Below are positions 10,416-18,704 of a stretch of DNA of 64,000 bases, piece after piece. Positions within the stretch are counted from its first letter, which is position 1, and each line of letters begins with the position of its first letter. The position numbers were made by a program, and so were the translations under genes. Source of the stretch: Alphaproteobacteria bacterium (GTDB taxonomy: Bacteria; Pseudomonadota; Alphaproteobacteria; UBA828); NCBI GenBank assembly GCA_965237415.1, contig CBDEFM010000002.1, positions 672,001 through 736,000 on the forward strand. The letters are read 5' to 3'. Below the pieces are notes generated by a model. That model was not told the DNA's origin. It searched no databases and saw only the letters and a list, made by a program, of their open reading frames with translations.

Positions 10416-10557
10416 TTATCGATTCCCTCGGTGACGACACAGGCATGGTCGGCGCTCGCCCGACGCGGCGTCAAGAACCAGCCCGGAATTCCCGCCGCGG
10501 TCACGGTCTGCGCGGCATGCGGTCGCGCGACAGGTGGCCCGCGGCTATACTTGCACG

Positions 10558-11217
10558 ATGCAGGTCGCCATTGTCTCCGACACCATTTGTCCTTGGTGCT
10601 ATATCGGCAAGCGGCGCTTCGAGCGTGCTCGTGCTGGTCGGCCCGCCGAGCTCGCGGTCGAGTGGCGGCCGTTTCAGCTCAACCCCGACATGCCGGCCGA
10701 CGGCGTGGATCGGCAGCGCTACATGGTGGCCAAATTCGGCTCCGAAGAGCGGGTTGCCGAGATTTTCGGCGCCATCGAACAGGCCGGCGGGTCCGAGGGC
10801 ATCCAATTCGTCTTCGATCGTATCGCGCGCACACCGAATACCGTGGATTCGCACCGGCTGATTGAGTTCGCCGGGCAGCGCGGCGCGCAGGACCAGGTGG
10901 TCGAGGCGCTGTTTCGGCGGTATTTCGAGCAGGGCGAGGACATCGGCGACCGCGCCGTTCTTGAGGCTGCCGCTGTGGATGGCGGCCTCGATGAGGGCGA
11001 AGTGCGGCGCTTCCTGGCTGGCTCTGACGGGACCGAGCACGTGCGCAGGGAAAGCGAGGCCGCGAGCCGCATGGGCATATCGGGCGTGCCCTGCTTCATT
11101 TTCGAGGGCCGCTACGCAGTCTCGGGCGCGCAGCCGCCGGACGTGTTCGAGCGGGTGTTCGAGCTTGCCGCCGCTGCCGCTGAGAATTCCGCCGATTCCC
11201 CGCCCCCGGCGACGTAG
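10558..11217 (+). CDS. DsbA-family oxidoreductase (FrnE-like)
   Basis: SDTICPWCYIG CxxC, WRPFQLNP, GISGVP cis-Pro loop, SGAQP. Confidence 0.88.
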   Translation: MQVAIVSDTICPWCYIGKRRFERARAGRPAELAVEWRPFQLNPDMPADGVDRQRYMVAKFGSEERVAEIFGAIEQAGGSEGIQFVFDRIARTPNTVDSHRLIEFAGQRGAQDQVVEALFRRYFEQGEDIGDRAVLEAAAVDGGLDEGEVRRFLAGSDGTEHVRRESEAASRMGISGVPCFIFEGRYAVSGAQPPDVFERVFELAAAAAENSADSPPPAT

Positions 11218-11252
11218 CCCCTTCCTCAACGCCCATCACCGCTCAGGCGCGT

Positions 11253-14200
11253 TCATTCGGCGTTCGCTTCGCCCGCCCCGAGGAACGGGAACAAGCCTCG
11301 GAGGAAGCCGGGTGCCAGGACGGAAAGCGGATTCACTGAAATATCCGGCTCCGCGGTCGTCCCGCCCACCCGGTAGGACGCCGCGAACAGCCCCTCGCCT
11401 TCGCCGCCGGTCAGCAAATTCCCCAGAATGGGTATGGCGTCGATGAGGGTATTCAGCGTGTAGGCTGGCACGATTGTGCCGCTCATGTCGACTCGGCCCG
11501 TTTCGAGATCGACGGTCCCTTCGGCATTGACGCCGAGCGCGAAGCCCGATGTCCGCCCGTCCCGGATGGTGAGAATGCCCTCTGCGATGGAGAACGGCAT
11601 GTCGAAGCGCGAGAAGGCGATACCCTTGTCTCCCTTCAGCTCGTTGAGGATGCCGGTCAGCGTCGCGATTGTAAGCAACTTCGCCAGAGTCGGCGCGTTG
11701 ATCACGCGGTAGTCTTCAATCCTGACCCTACCGGTGACGGGAGCGCCCGGCCGGTCGTCGTGCACCACCGCCTCCATCAAGAGGTCGCCGCCGCCGGCGT
11801 TGTCGTAGATGCCGAAGGTGCGGGCCACGGCGCCTGCGTCGCGCGAGCGCACGGTCACCAGCCGTTCGCCCTCGTGTGGTTCGAGGGAGACGTACATGGG
11901 CACTCCGGTGGCCAGCGTTCCCTCCATGAACCCGGCGTGTCGGCCCTTGGAGTCGGACTCGAAATGAGCGCGGAATTCCGTTAGCTGCTGATCCTCGCTC
12001 GTCAGGAGGCGCTCGACTTCGAGATCGAGCACGAGCTTGCCGAATTCCGGAGCGCCCTCGGTCGTGAGCCGACTGAGATAGGGCCGCGCATCGAGACTGG
12101 CGCCCCGGATTGAGACGTTGGTCGTGTCGGCATCGGTCTCGATCCTGCCGGAGATGTCCGTGGCTCCCTGGCGAAATTCTTCGATTGTGATCTGGCGAAC
12201 CCCTCCGGTCCCACGCGCAAGGGTGGCCTGACCGAGGCCGTAGAGTGTCTCCGTTTCGATCTCGACCCGGCTGAGCTCGACGGCGCCCTCCGGAGGAAGG
12301 CTAGCGAGAACGCGCACCGCCCCCGGCGATCCGGCGGGCTTGGCCCAGTGCAGCTCCGGGATCTCTAGCCTCGCCTGGGTCGTATCGAGCGCAAACGTCG
12401 CGCGCGGCGGCTCGCCGCCCCCCGGATCGGTGTATTCCCCGTCGACGGCGAGGCTGCCCTCAACGTAGGGCGCGAGTTCCAGGCCCAGTGCGGTCTGGCC
12501 CTCAGGCGTCACCGTCGTCGCCACGTCGAACCGCCGCGCGAATGGAGCGCCATCGCTGAAATGCTCTTGCCACGCGATCGTCGCGGGCATGCCCTCAAGC
12601 TTGGCCGTGCCGCGCAGATCCATGCTCGAATTGTTGGCGCCGAGGCGCAGTGTTCCCTCGGTCATGTCGACGACGCCGGCAATCTCCTCGATCCGGGCAT
12701 CCCGTACCCGCGCGACGGCGGTCACGTCGATCCGCCGTGTCCCGGCCGCTCCGAGCAACGCAAGATCGAGTGCGAACAGGGTGTGCACCGTGCCACCAGC
12801 CCGCGCCAGAGGCAGGTCGATCTTTTTCACCAGCCCGAGCCTCGGATGGTCCAGCAGGGCGAGGGCGTCCGACATGGGCCCCTCGGCCTCGATCATCACC
12901 GACATTCGGGGCTGCACCGTGTGAATTTCGCTCAGCATGGCGGTCCCATAAGGCGCAGCGATTCCTTCGATGCGGCCACCGCTCATCGTGATGTCGAGCG
13001 AATCGCCGGTGAAGTGTGCGATCCCGTCCACCCCCGCCACTGAGGGCATCGGCCGCAGGTAATGGATGCTGGCATCCTCGAACGCGAACGAGCCAACCGC
13101 CGACGCTTCGCTGAAGCGTTTGAATTCATAGTCGCCCGGCTCGATATCGAGAACGGCGTTGAAGTGCGTGATCACGCCGTCGGCGACATTCTGCACGATC
13201 CATTCGCGGCCGTTCGCGATGAACGTCTTCGGCCAGTACGTGCCGAGCGAATCGAACGGCATATCGCTCGCCTGGAATCGCCCCTTGAAACCGACACCGA
13301 CACTCGACCGCCAGAGTTCGCCGTCCAGGTAAAAGCTGGGGCGGTCGGTATCGACGACGAAGGACTCGAGAACGATCCGCGACAGCTCGCCGTCGATCGA
13401 GCCTGCGGCGGTGAGCCCGCGGACAGGAACCGGGGCGGGAAAGACCCCGGGCAGGGCGACCTCCCCCTCCCCGCCCGCGATGTCGAAGACGACACCACCG
13501 AGAATGCCGCCCGGAGCCACGTCGAACCCGAGCGTGCCTGAGAGTGGAACGCGGAGTCCGGCCAAATCCTCCAGGTCGGGGGCGATGAAGGCCAGTTCTG
13601 CCAGGTTCAGCCCGGCGAAGCCGATGGCGGCGCTGCCCATCTTGCTCTCCCGGTGATGGAACAGCTCGACTTCGAGATGGGTCTCCAGTTCCTGCACCTG
13701 CAATTCCATCGACAGATGACCGAGGATCGCAGCGTCGTCCAGATCGAGGGTGAGGTCGGCGTCGGGTGCCGTCCAGGTGAGATCGGCCACCTCGTCGCGC
13801 AGGACGAGGGCGGCATCGCGGAGACTGACCCGCTTTAGCTGCGACAACGGGTGATCTTCGCGCGGCGGGTCGAGCAGGTCGGCGACCAGGGCGTCGCTGG
13901 CGGCATCGTCCGTGCTGACGCCCTCTCCGCCTCCGGCGAGGTGCACGCTCCCGTCAGGCCTGCGGACGAGGCCGAAGCGCGGCTCGATCAGCTCGATCGA
14001 CGTGGGGGCGATGGTGCCGCGCAACAGGGCTGCGCCGCTCAATCCCAGCGACGCCGCGGGCACCGCCGCCAGGGTATCGCCGTTCGTGTCGGCGATACGA
14101 AGTTCGGTCAATCGGATTTCGAGTGCCTCGCCCCAGCCGACCCAGACGAGGTCGGTGTCCTCGAACTCGAAGAGATAGGGAAGATCGTCGCCTTCCAGAG

Positions 14201-14339
14201 CCTCTTGGATATAGGGAGACAGAAAGCCGAGCGAGAGGGGACCGCTCGACAACCGCCACGCGCCCAGGACGAAGAGGACGGCGAGCACGCCGAACAGAGC
14301 GCCGAGTACCTGGAGAGCGATGCGGGCCGTCGATCTCAT
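11253..14339 (-). CDS. YhdP/AsmA-like (DUF3971 plus AsmA_2) membrane-anchored periplasmic protein
   Basis: About 1030 aa, N-terminal TM then WRLSSGPLSL, beta-rich body, C-terminal GTIVPAYTLN..IPILG..VNPLSVLAPGFLR typical of the AsmA C-terminal domain. Next to glnE and bcp. Confidence 0.8.
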   Translation of the reverse strand: MRSTARIALQVLGALFGVLAVLFVLGAWRLSSGPLSLGFLSPYIQEALEGDDLPYLFEFEDTDLVWVGWGEALEIRLTELRIADTNGDTLAAVPAASLGLSGAALLRGTIAPTSIELIEPRFGLVRRPDGSVHLAGGGEGVSTDDAASDALVADLLDPPREDHPLSQLKRVSLRDAALVLRDEVADLTWTAPDADLTLDLDDAAILGHLSMELQVQELETHLEVELFHHRESKMGSAAIGFAGLNLAELAFIAPDLEDLAGLRVPLSGTLGFDVAPGGILGGVVFDIAGGEGEVALPGVFPAPVPVRGLTAAGSIDGELSRIVLESFVVDTDRPSFYLDGELWRSSVGVGFKGRFQASDMPFDSLGTYWPKTFIANGREWIVQNVADGVITHFNAVLDIEPGDYEFKRFSEASAVGSFAFEDASIHYLRPMPSVAGVDGIAHFTGDSLDITMSGGRIEGIAAPYGTAMLSEIHTVQPRMSVMIEAEGPMSDALALLDHPRLGLVKKIDLPLARAGGTVHTLFALDLALLGAAGTRRIDVTAVARVRDARIEEIAGVVDMTEGTLRLGANNSSMDLRGTAKLEGMPATIAWQEHFSDGAPFARRFDVATTVTPEGQTALGLELAPYVEGSLAVDGEYTDPGGGEPPRATFALDTTQARLEIPELHWAKPAGSPGAVRVLASLPPEGAVELSRVEIETETLYGLGQATLARGTGGVRQITIEEFRQGATDISGRIETDADTTNVSIRGASLDARPYLSRLTTEGAPEFGKLVLDLEVERLLTSEDQQLTEFRAHFESDSKGRHAGFMEGTLATGVPMYVSLEPHEGERLVTVRSRDAGAVARTFGIYDNAGGGDLLMEAVVHDDRPGAPVTGRVRIEDYRVINAPTLAKLLTIATLTGILNELKGDKGIAFSRFDMPFSIAEGILTIRDGRTSGFALGVNAEGTVDLETGRVDMSGTIVPAYTLNTLIDAIPILGNLLTGGEGEGLFAASYRVGGTTAEPDISVNPLSVLAPGFLRGLFPFLGAGEANAE

Positions 14340-14419
14340 GTCGATCAACCGGAGACGGCTCCCCCTCCGCTCCCTTTGCCTATTCTTCGCGTCAATCCTT
14401 GTAATACAATCGGCGCGCG

Positions 14420-17389
14420 GTGTCGCTTCTGTCTTTCCTGCAAGACGATAAGATTTGTCCCGAGCCGGCCTCGGGCGAGCGCGCGCGCGCTGGGCGAGAC
14501 GCCTGGCTGGCGGCGGCGGTTGCACTCGGCGGCGCGGAAGAGTCGTTCGCCAGCGCGCTCGTGGGCGACCGACGCGCCTGCGGCTTCCTCGACGGCATAT
14601 TCGGCAACGCCCCCGCTCTCGGTCGAGCACTGACGCGCGAGCCGGCCCAGCTTCGCGTGGTGGCCGAGCGTGGCCCCGACGACGCGTTCGAGCGCGAGCT
14701 CGACGGGATATCGAGCACGGCCTGCCGCGCCAGTGACCGTCGTGCCCTCACCCAACGGCTCCGGGCGGCCAAGCGGCGGGCATTGCTCACCGTCGCGCTT
14801 GCCGACATCGCCGGCGCCTGGCCGCTGGATAAGGTGGCGGAGTCCCTCACCAGGTTTGCCGATGCCGCAATTGCCGGAGCGCTCGATCATCTGCTTCGGG
14901 ATGCAGCCACGCGGGTCACCCTTGCTCGGGCCGACCGCGATCGGCCCGTATCTGCCTGCGGGTTGACAGTACTCGGTGTCGGCGGGCTCGGCGCTGGCGA
15001 GCTTACCTATTCGAGCGCGCTCAGTCTGTTCGTGCTGTTCGACCCTGAGCGGGCGCAACACCGGGGGCGGGGCGAGCCCACGGAAACCTTGCACCGCCTC
15101 GTTCGCGACCTCGTCTCCCTGCTTGGGGACGGGACCGGCGAGAGCTGCGTGTATCAGACCGATCTGAAATTCAGGCCCAACATGGGCGGGACACCGCTCG
15201 CGCTCTCCACCGCGGCTGCGGAACAGTACTACGAGAGTCACGGGCAGAATTGGGAACGCGCCGCAATGATCAAGGCCCGCCCGGTCGCCGGCGATGCGAC
15301 GGTCGGCGCCGACATGATGGAGCGGCTGCGGCCCTTCATCTGGCGCAAGTATCTCGATTTTGCGGCCATCCAGGATATCCAGTCGATCAAGCGGCAGATC
15401 GCCGCCGAGCCCGGTAGCAGCCGGATCGAAATCGCCGGCCACGACATCGAGCGGGGCCGTGGCGGTATTCGCCAGATCGAACTGTACGCGCAAACGCAGC
15501 AGTTGATCTGGGGCGGCCGGGATGCGTCATTGCGCTCGGGTGTGACCTGCGACGCCCTCCGCGCGCTCGCCGCCGCCGGGCTCACGAACGAAAAGGCGGT
15601 GGATGAGCTGATCGAATCGTACCGCTTCCTCCGCAGGCTCGAGCACCGTCTGGAGATGGTCGACGACCAACCTTCTCTGAAAGTCCCCGACGACGCGGAC
15701 GACCGCACTGCAATCGCCCACCTCATGGGCTTCCGCGACGAGGCCGATTTCGCCGAGGCGCTCCGCGCACACGTGCGATCCGTCGAGGAGCACTACGCCG
15801 CCCTCTTCGAGGATGAGCCGGCGCTCGGCGGCGAGGGCGGCAATCTGGTGTTTACCGGTACCGCCGATGATCCCGACACACTGGCCAGCCTCCTGCGGAT
15901 GGGGTTCGGCGATGCCGCCGCCGTCTCGGCGACGGTGCGCCACTGGCACCATGGCCGAATCATGGCGACCCGCAGCACCCGCGCCAGGGAGCTCCTGACC
16001 GAACTGATGCCGGCGCTCCTTCGCGCGCTGACCAGCACCGCCGACCCCGACTCGGCGTTCCGCAAGCTCAATGAGTTTCTCGGCGGATTGCCCTCCGGTG
16101 TTCAGCCCTTCCTGCTGCTTCACGACAATCCCGGACTTCTCGCCCGGCTGGCCGAGATTCTGGGCAGCGCGCCCCGCATCGCCGAGCATCTGAGCCGCAA
16201 CCCCGATCTACTCGAAGGGCTCATCAGCGGTGATCTTCACCAGCGCCTGCCGAATCGGGACGAGCTCGACGATGACCTTCACCGAGCCCTCGCGCCTGCT
16301 GACGAATTTCAAGCCATCCTCGACGGGGTGAGGCGTTGGCAGCACGTGCGCGAGTTCCAGGTCGGCATGCAGATCCTCCGGGGCGATGTGGCCGCCGACC
16401 AATTGTCCGGCGCTCTGTCGGACATCGCCGATTCGGTGATCGCGGCGTTGCTGCCCCGGATGCAACGGGAATTCGCGAGACGGCACGGCACGGTGCCGGG
16501 CGCGACCTTCGCGGTCCTCGGCTTGGGCAAGCTCGGCAGCCGCGAGATGACCTTCGACAGCGACCTCGATGTGGTCTTCGTCTATGGCGCCCAGGGCGGG
16601 GTGGATGTGCAGTCCGACGGTGCCCAGGGACTTGCGGCGAGCCACTTCTACGCACGCTTCAGCCAACGCCTGACGAATGCCCTCAGCGCGCACACCGCCG
16701 AGGGTCGGCTCTACGAGATCGATACCAGGCTGCGCCCCTCCGGCAGCTCGGGGCCGATTGCCACCGAAGCCGCCGCCTTCCGCCGCTACCACGAAGAGAA
16801 CGCTTGGACCTGGGAGCACATGGCGCTGACACGCGCCAGGCCGGTGGCCGGCGACCGTGAGCTCAGCGCGACGGTGATGGACGGGATTCGGGCGGTCCTC
16901 TGCGCGCCGCGCGATACCGATACGCTGCTCGCCGACGTCGCCTCGATGCGCGAACGGGTCGACAACGAACGCCGGACCGAGAACAGGTGGCGCCTCAAGC
17001 ATGTGCGGGGCGGCGTTCTCGATCTCGAGTTCATCGCCCAGTACCACCTGCTGCGCCACGCCGCGCGGCACCCGTCGATTCTCGTTCAGTCGACGCAGTC
17101 GGTCTATCGGCGGCTGGGAGAAGCCGGCATTCTCGATGCCGACGACGCGGGCGAGCTCGCCGACACGGCTGCCTTTCTCCAACGTCTCCAGGGCCTGCTC
17201 AGGCTCACCGTCGGCACCAACCGGGACGTGGACCGCTTCACGGCGGGTGTGCGGGAGACACTGGCGCGGGCGATGGGAGTCGAAGACTTCGCCGCCCTTG
17301 AGACCAGGGTCCATGCCGTCCAGGATCGCATCCGCGCCGCCTATCATCGCCTTATCGCGGCGCCTGCCGCAAAGCTTAACAGAGAGTGA
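14420..17389 (+). CDS. glnE: Glutamine synthetase adenylyltransferase/adenylyl-removing enzyme, N-terminal active site degenerate
   Basis: Two-domain layout: YYESHGQNWERAAMIKARP, LRPFIWRKYLDF, then LGKLGSREMTFDSDLD, LYEIDTRLRPSG, AWTWEHMALTRAR, GGVLDLEF. Confidence 0.92.
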   Translation: MSLLSFLQDDKICPEPASGERARAGRDAWLAAAVALGGAEESFASALVGDRRACGFLDGIFGNAPALGRALTREPAQLRVVAERGPDDAFERELDGISSTACRASDRRALTQRLRAAKRRALLTVALADIAGAWPLDKVAESLTRFADAAIAGALDHLLRDAATRVTLARADRDRPVSACGLTVLGVGGLGAGELTYSSALSLFVLFDPERAQHRGRGEPTETLHRLVRDLVSLLGDGTGESCVYQTDLKFRPNMGGTPLALSTAAAEQYYESHGQNWERAAMIKARPVAGDATVGADMMERLRPFIWRKYLDFAAIQDIQSIKRQIAAEPGSSRIEIAGHDIERGRGGIRQIELYAQTQQLIWGGRDASLRSGVTCDALRALAAAGLTNEKAVDELIESYRFLRRLEHRLEMVDDQPSLKVPDDADDRTAIAHLMGFRDEADFAEALRAHVRSVEEHYAALFEDEPALGGEGGNLVFTGTADDPDTLASLLRMGFGDAAAVSATVRHWHHGRIMATRSTRARELLTELMPALLRALTSTADPDSAFRKLNEFLGGLPSGVQPFLLLHDNPGLLARLAEILGSAPRIAEHLSRNPDLLEGLISGDLHQRLPNRDELDDDLHRALAPADEFQAILDGVRRWQHVREFQVGMQILRGDVAADQLSGALSDIADSVIAALLPRMQREFARRHGTVPGATFAVLGLGKLGSREMTFDSDLDVVFVYGAQGGVDVQSDGAQGLAASHFYARFSQRLTNALSAHTAEGRLYEIDTRLRPSGSSGPIATEAAAFRRYHEENAWTWEHMALTRARPVAGDRELSATVMDGIRAVLCAPRDTDTLLADVASMRERVDNERRTENRWRLKHVRGGVLDLEFIAQYHLLRHAARHPSILVQSTQSVYRRLGEAGILDADDAGELADTAAFLQRLQGLLRLTVGTNRDVDRFTAGVRETLARAMGVEDFAALETRVHAVQDRIRAAYHRLIAAPAAKLNRE

Positions 17390-17402
17390 GGGGAGACCCA
17401 GT

Positions 17403-17887
17403 ATGACGACGGTATCGACGCCGGCAGCCCGGCGCCGGGGTTCACGGCGCCCACCAACGACGGCGGCTCGCTGAACCTCGACCGCCTGCGCGGCAAGGCG
17501 GTGGTGCTCTATTTCTACCCGCGCGACGACACCCCCGGCTGCACGCGGGAAGCGCAGGAGTTCACCGAAGCTCTGGCCGAGTTCGCGAGGGCCGGTGCGG
17601 AGATCGTCGGCGTCTCCAAGGACTCCGCCGCCAAGCACGACAAGTTCCGTGCGAAGTACGGCCTCCCCTTCACCCTCGTCTCGGATGCCGAGGGCGACAT
17701 CTGCGAGCGTTACGGCGTCTGGGTCGAGAAGAAGAACTACGGCAAGACCTACATGGGCATCGAGCGTTCGACCTTTTTGATCGACGCGGACGGGAGCGTC
17801 AGCAAGGTCTGGCGCAAGGTGAAGGTCGCGGGCCATGTCGATGCGGTGTTAGGGGCGGTAAAGGACTTGAATGCCGGTGATGGCTGA
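17403..17887 (+). CDS. bcp: Peroxiredoxin Bcp/PrxQ with an apparent 1-nt frameshift just after the start codon
   Basis: VLYFYPRDDTPGCTREA and GIERSTFLID. The homologous frame extends upstream (GIDAGSPAPGFTAP...RGKAVV), but the RBS-preceded ATG at 17403 is one base out of frame with it. Confidence 0.85.
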
Positions 17888-17933
17888 CCGTCAGCGTTAG
17901 CGGTACCGTCGAACACGAAAGGAAACCCCTGCC

Positions 17934-18182
17934 GTATCTGAAGCAATCAAGAGCAAGTGGGCCACCATCGGCACCGTTGCATGCGGCTATAGCGCGATCG
18001 GCCTCGTGTCGGCGGGGTTCTGGAACTCCATCGGGCTCGTCGCCGTCAGCCTCTTCAACGCCATGGGTCTGGTCTGCATCGCCCCCGGCAACGCCATGGG
18101 GATCGTCGCATTGGCCGGCGGCACCGCCACAGGCGTCATCGCTGTCGCCGGCGGCAGCAGCCGAAGCGCGATACCGATCTAG
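17934..18182 (+). CDS. Putative small Gly/Ala-rich hydrophobic repeat protein (about 82 aa) with no canonical start
   Basis: Open frame VSEAIKSKWATIGTVACGYSAIGLVSAGFWNSIGLVAVSLFNAMGLVCIAPGNAMGIVALAGGTATGVIAVAGGSSRSAIPI*. Strong G/C third-position bias. AAAGGAAA upstream; GTA sits where a start codon is expected. Confidence 0.5.
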   Translation, partial: VSEAIKSKWATIGTVACGYSAIGLVSAGFWNSIGLVAVSLFNAMGLVCIAPGNAMGIVALAGGTATGVIAVAGGSSRSAIPI

Positions 18183-18311
18183 TCACCTGACACTGAAGTT
18201 GAGATCATTTTCAATTGGCAGTGTCGTCACACTAAGTCGCTCTATTGTCGAAGAATGTGGTCGTGCAATATAGTTGTCTTTATGTGGCGAACTTCAGATT
18301 CAGGTGACTAG
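18179..18311. mobile_element. 133-bp MITE-like element with terminal inverted repeats, bounded by CTAG
   Basis: Left end CTAGTCACCTGACACTGAAGTT and right end AACTTCAGATTCAGGTGACTAG are inverted repeats (20/22 match). AT-rich non-coding interior. Confidence 0.75.
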
Positions 18312-18331
18312 CCCGGTCACTCCCCCACGCC

Positions 18332-18425
18332 GTCATGCCCGGACTTGTTCCGGGCATCTCCCTCCGCCGGGCCCAGTCGGTCGCTGAGCGAGTGCGTGGA
18401 TGGCCGGAACGAGTCCGGCCATGAC
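18332..18425. repeat. REP-like double-palindrome intergenic element of alphaproteobacterial type
   Basis: GTCATGCCCGGACTTGTTCCGGGCATC ... GATGGCCGGAACGAGTCCGGCCATGAC: two hairpins in inverted arrangement, between convergent genes. Confidence 0.75.
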
Positions 18426-18461
18426 GCGGCGGGGGTACCCCGCGACGTCGGATGCGCCGAG

Positions 18462-18704
18462 TCAGCCCCCCTTGAAAGGGCGAAAAAGGCTGATCGTGTC
18501 GTCGGTCGAGAGCGGCGATTCGGGCCACTGATCGCGGGGGACGGCCTCGCCGTTCACCATGGCGAGCAGGGCGGGGTCGCCGTCCACGCCGAGCCCGGAG
18601 AGCGCGTCCGCGACGTTGGTTCCCGCCTCCAGATCGAGGCTGCGGCTCTTTGCGCTACCGAATTGGGGGAGCTCGATTGCGATGAGCTCCACCGTCACCT
18701 TCAT
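18462..18704 (-). CDS. MoaD/ThiS-family sulfur carrier protein
   Basis: 80 aa, VNGE motif, C-terminal GG. Overlaps the AOR stop by 4 nt. Confidence 0.85.
   Translation of the reverse strand: MKVTVELIAIELPQFGSAKSRSLDLEAGTNVADALSGLGVDGDPALLAMVNGEAVPRDQWPESPLSTDDTISLFRPFKGG

Noticed and set aside
17387-17887. GlnE-Bcp fusion by UGA read-through or selenocysteine
   Set aside because: Although in frame, bcp has its own RBS and ATG one base off. A 1-nt deletion is far simpler, and the UGA is not at a redox-active position.
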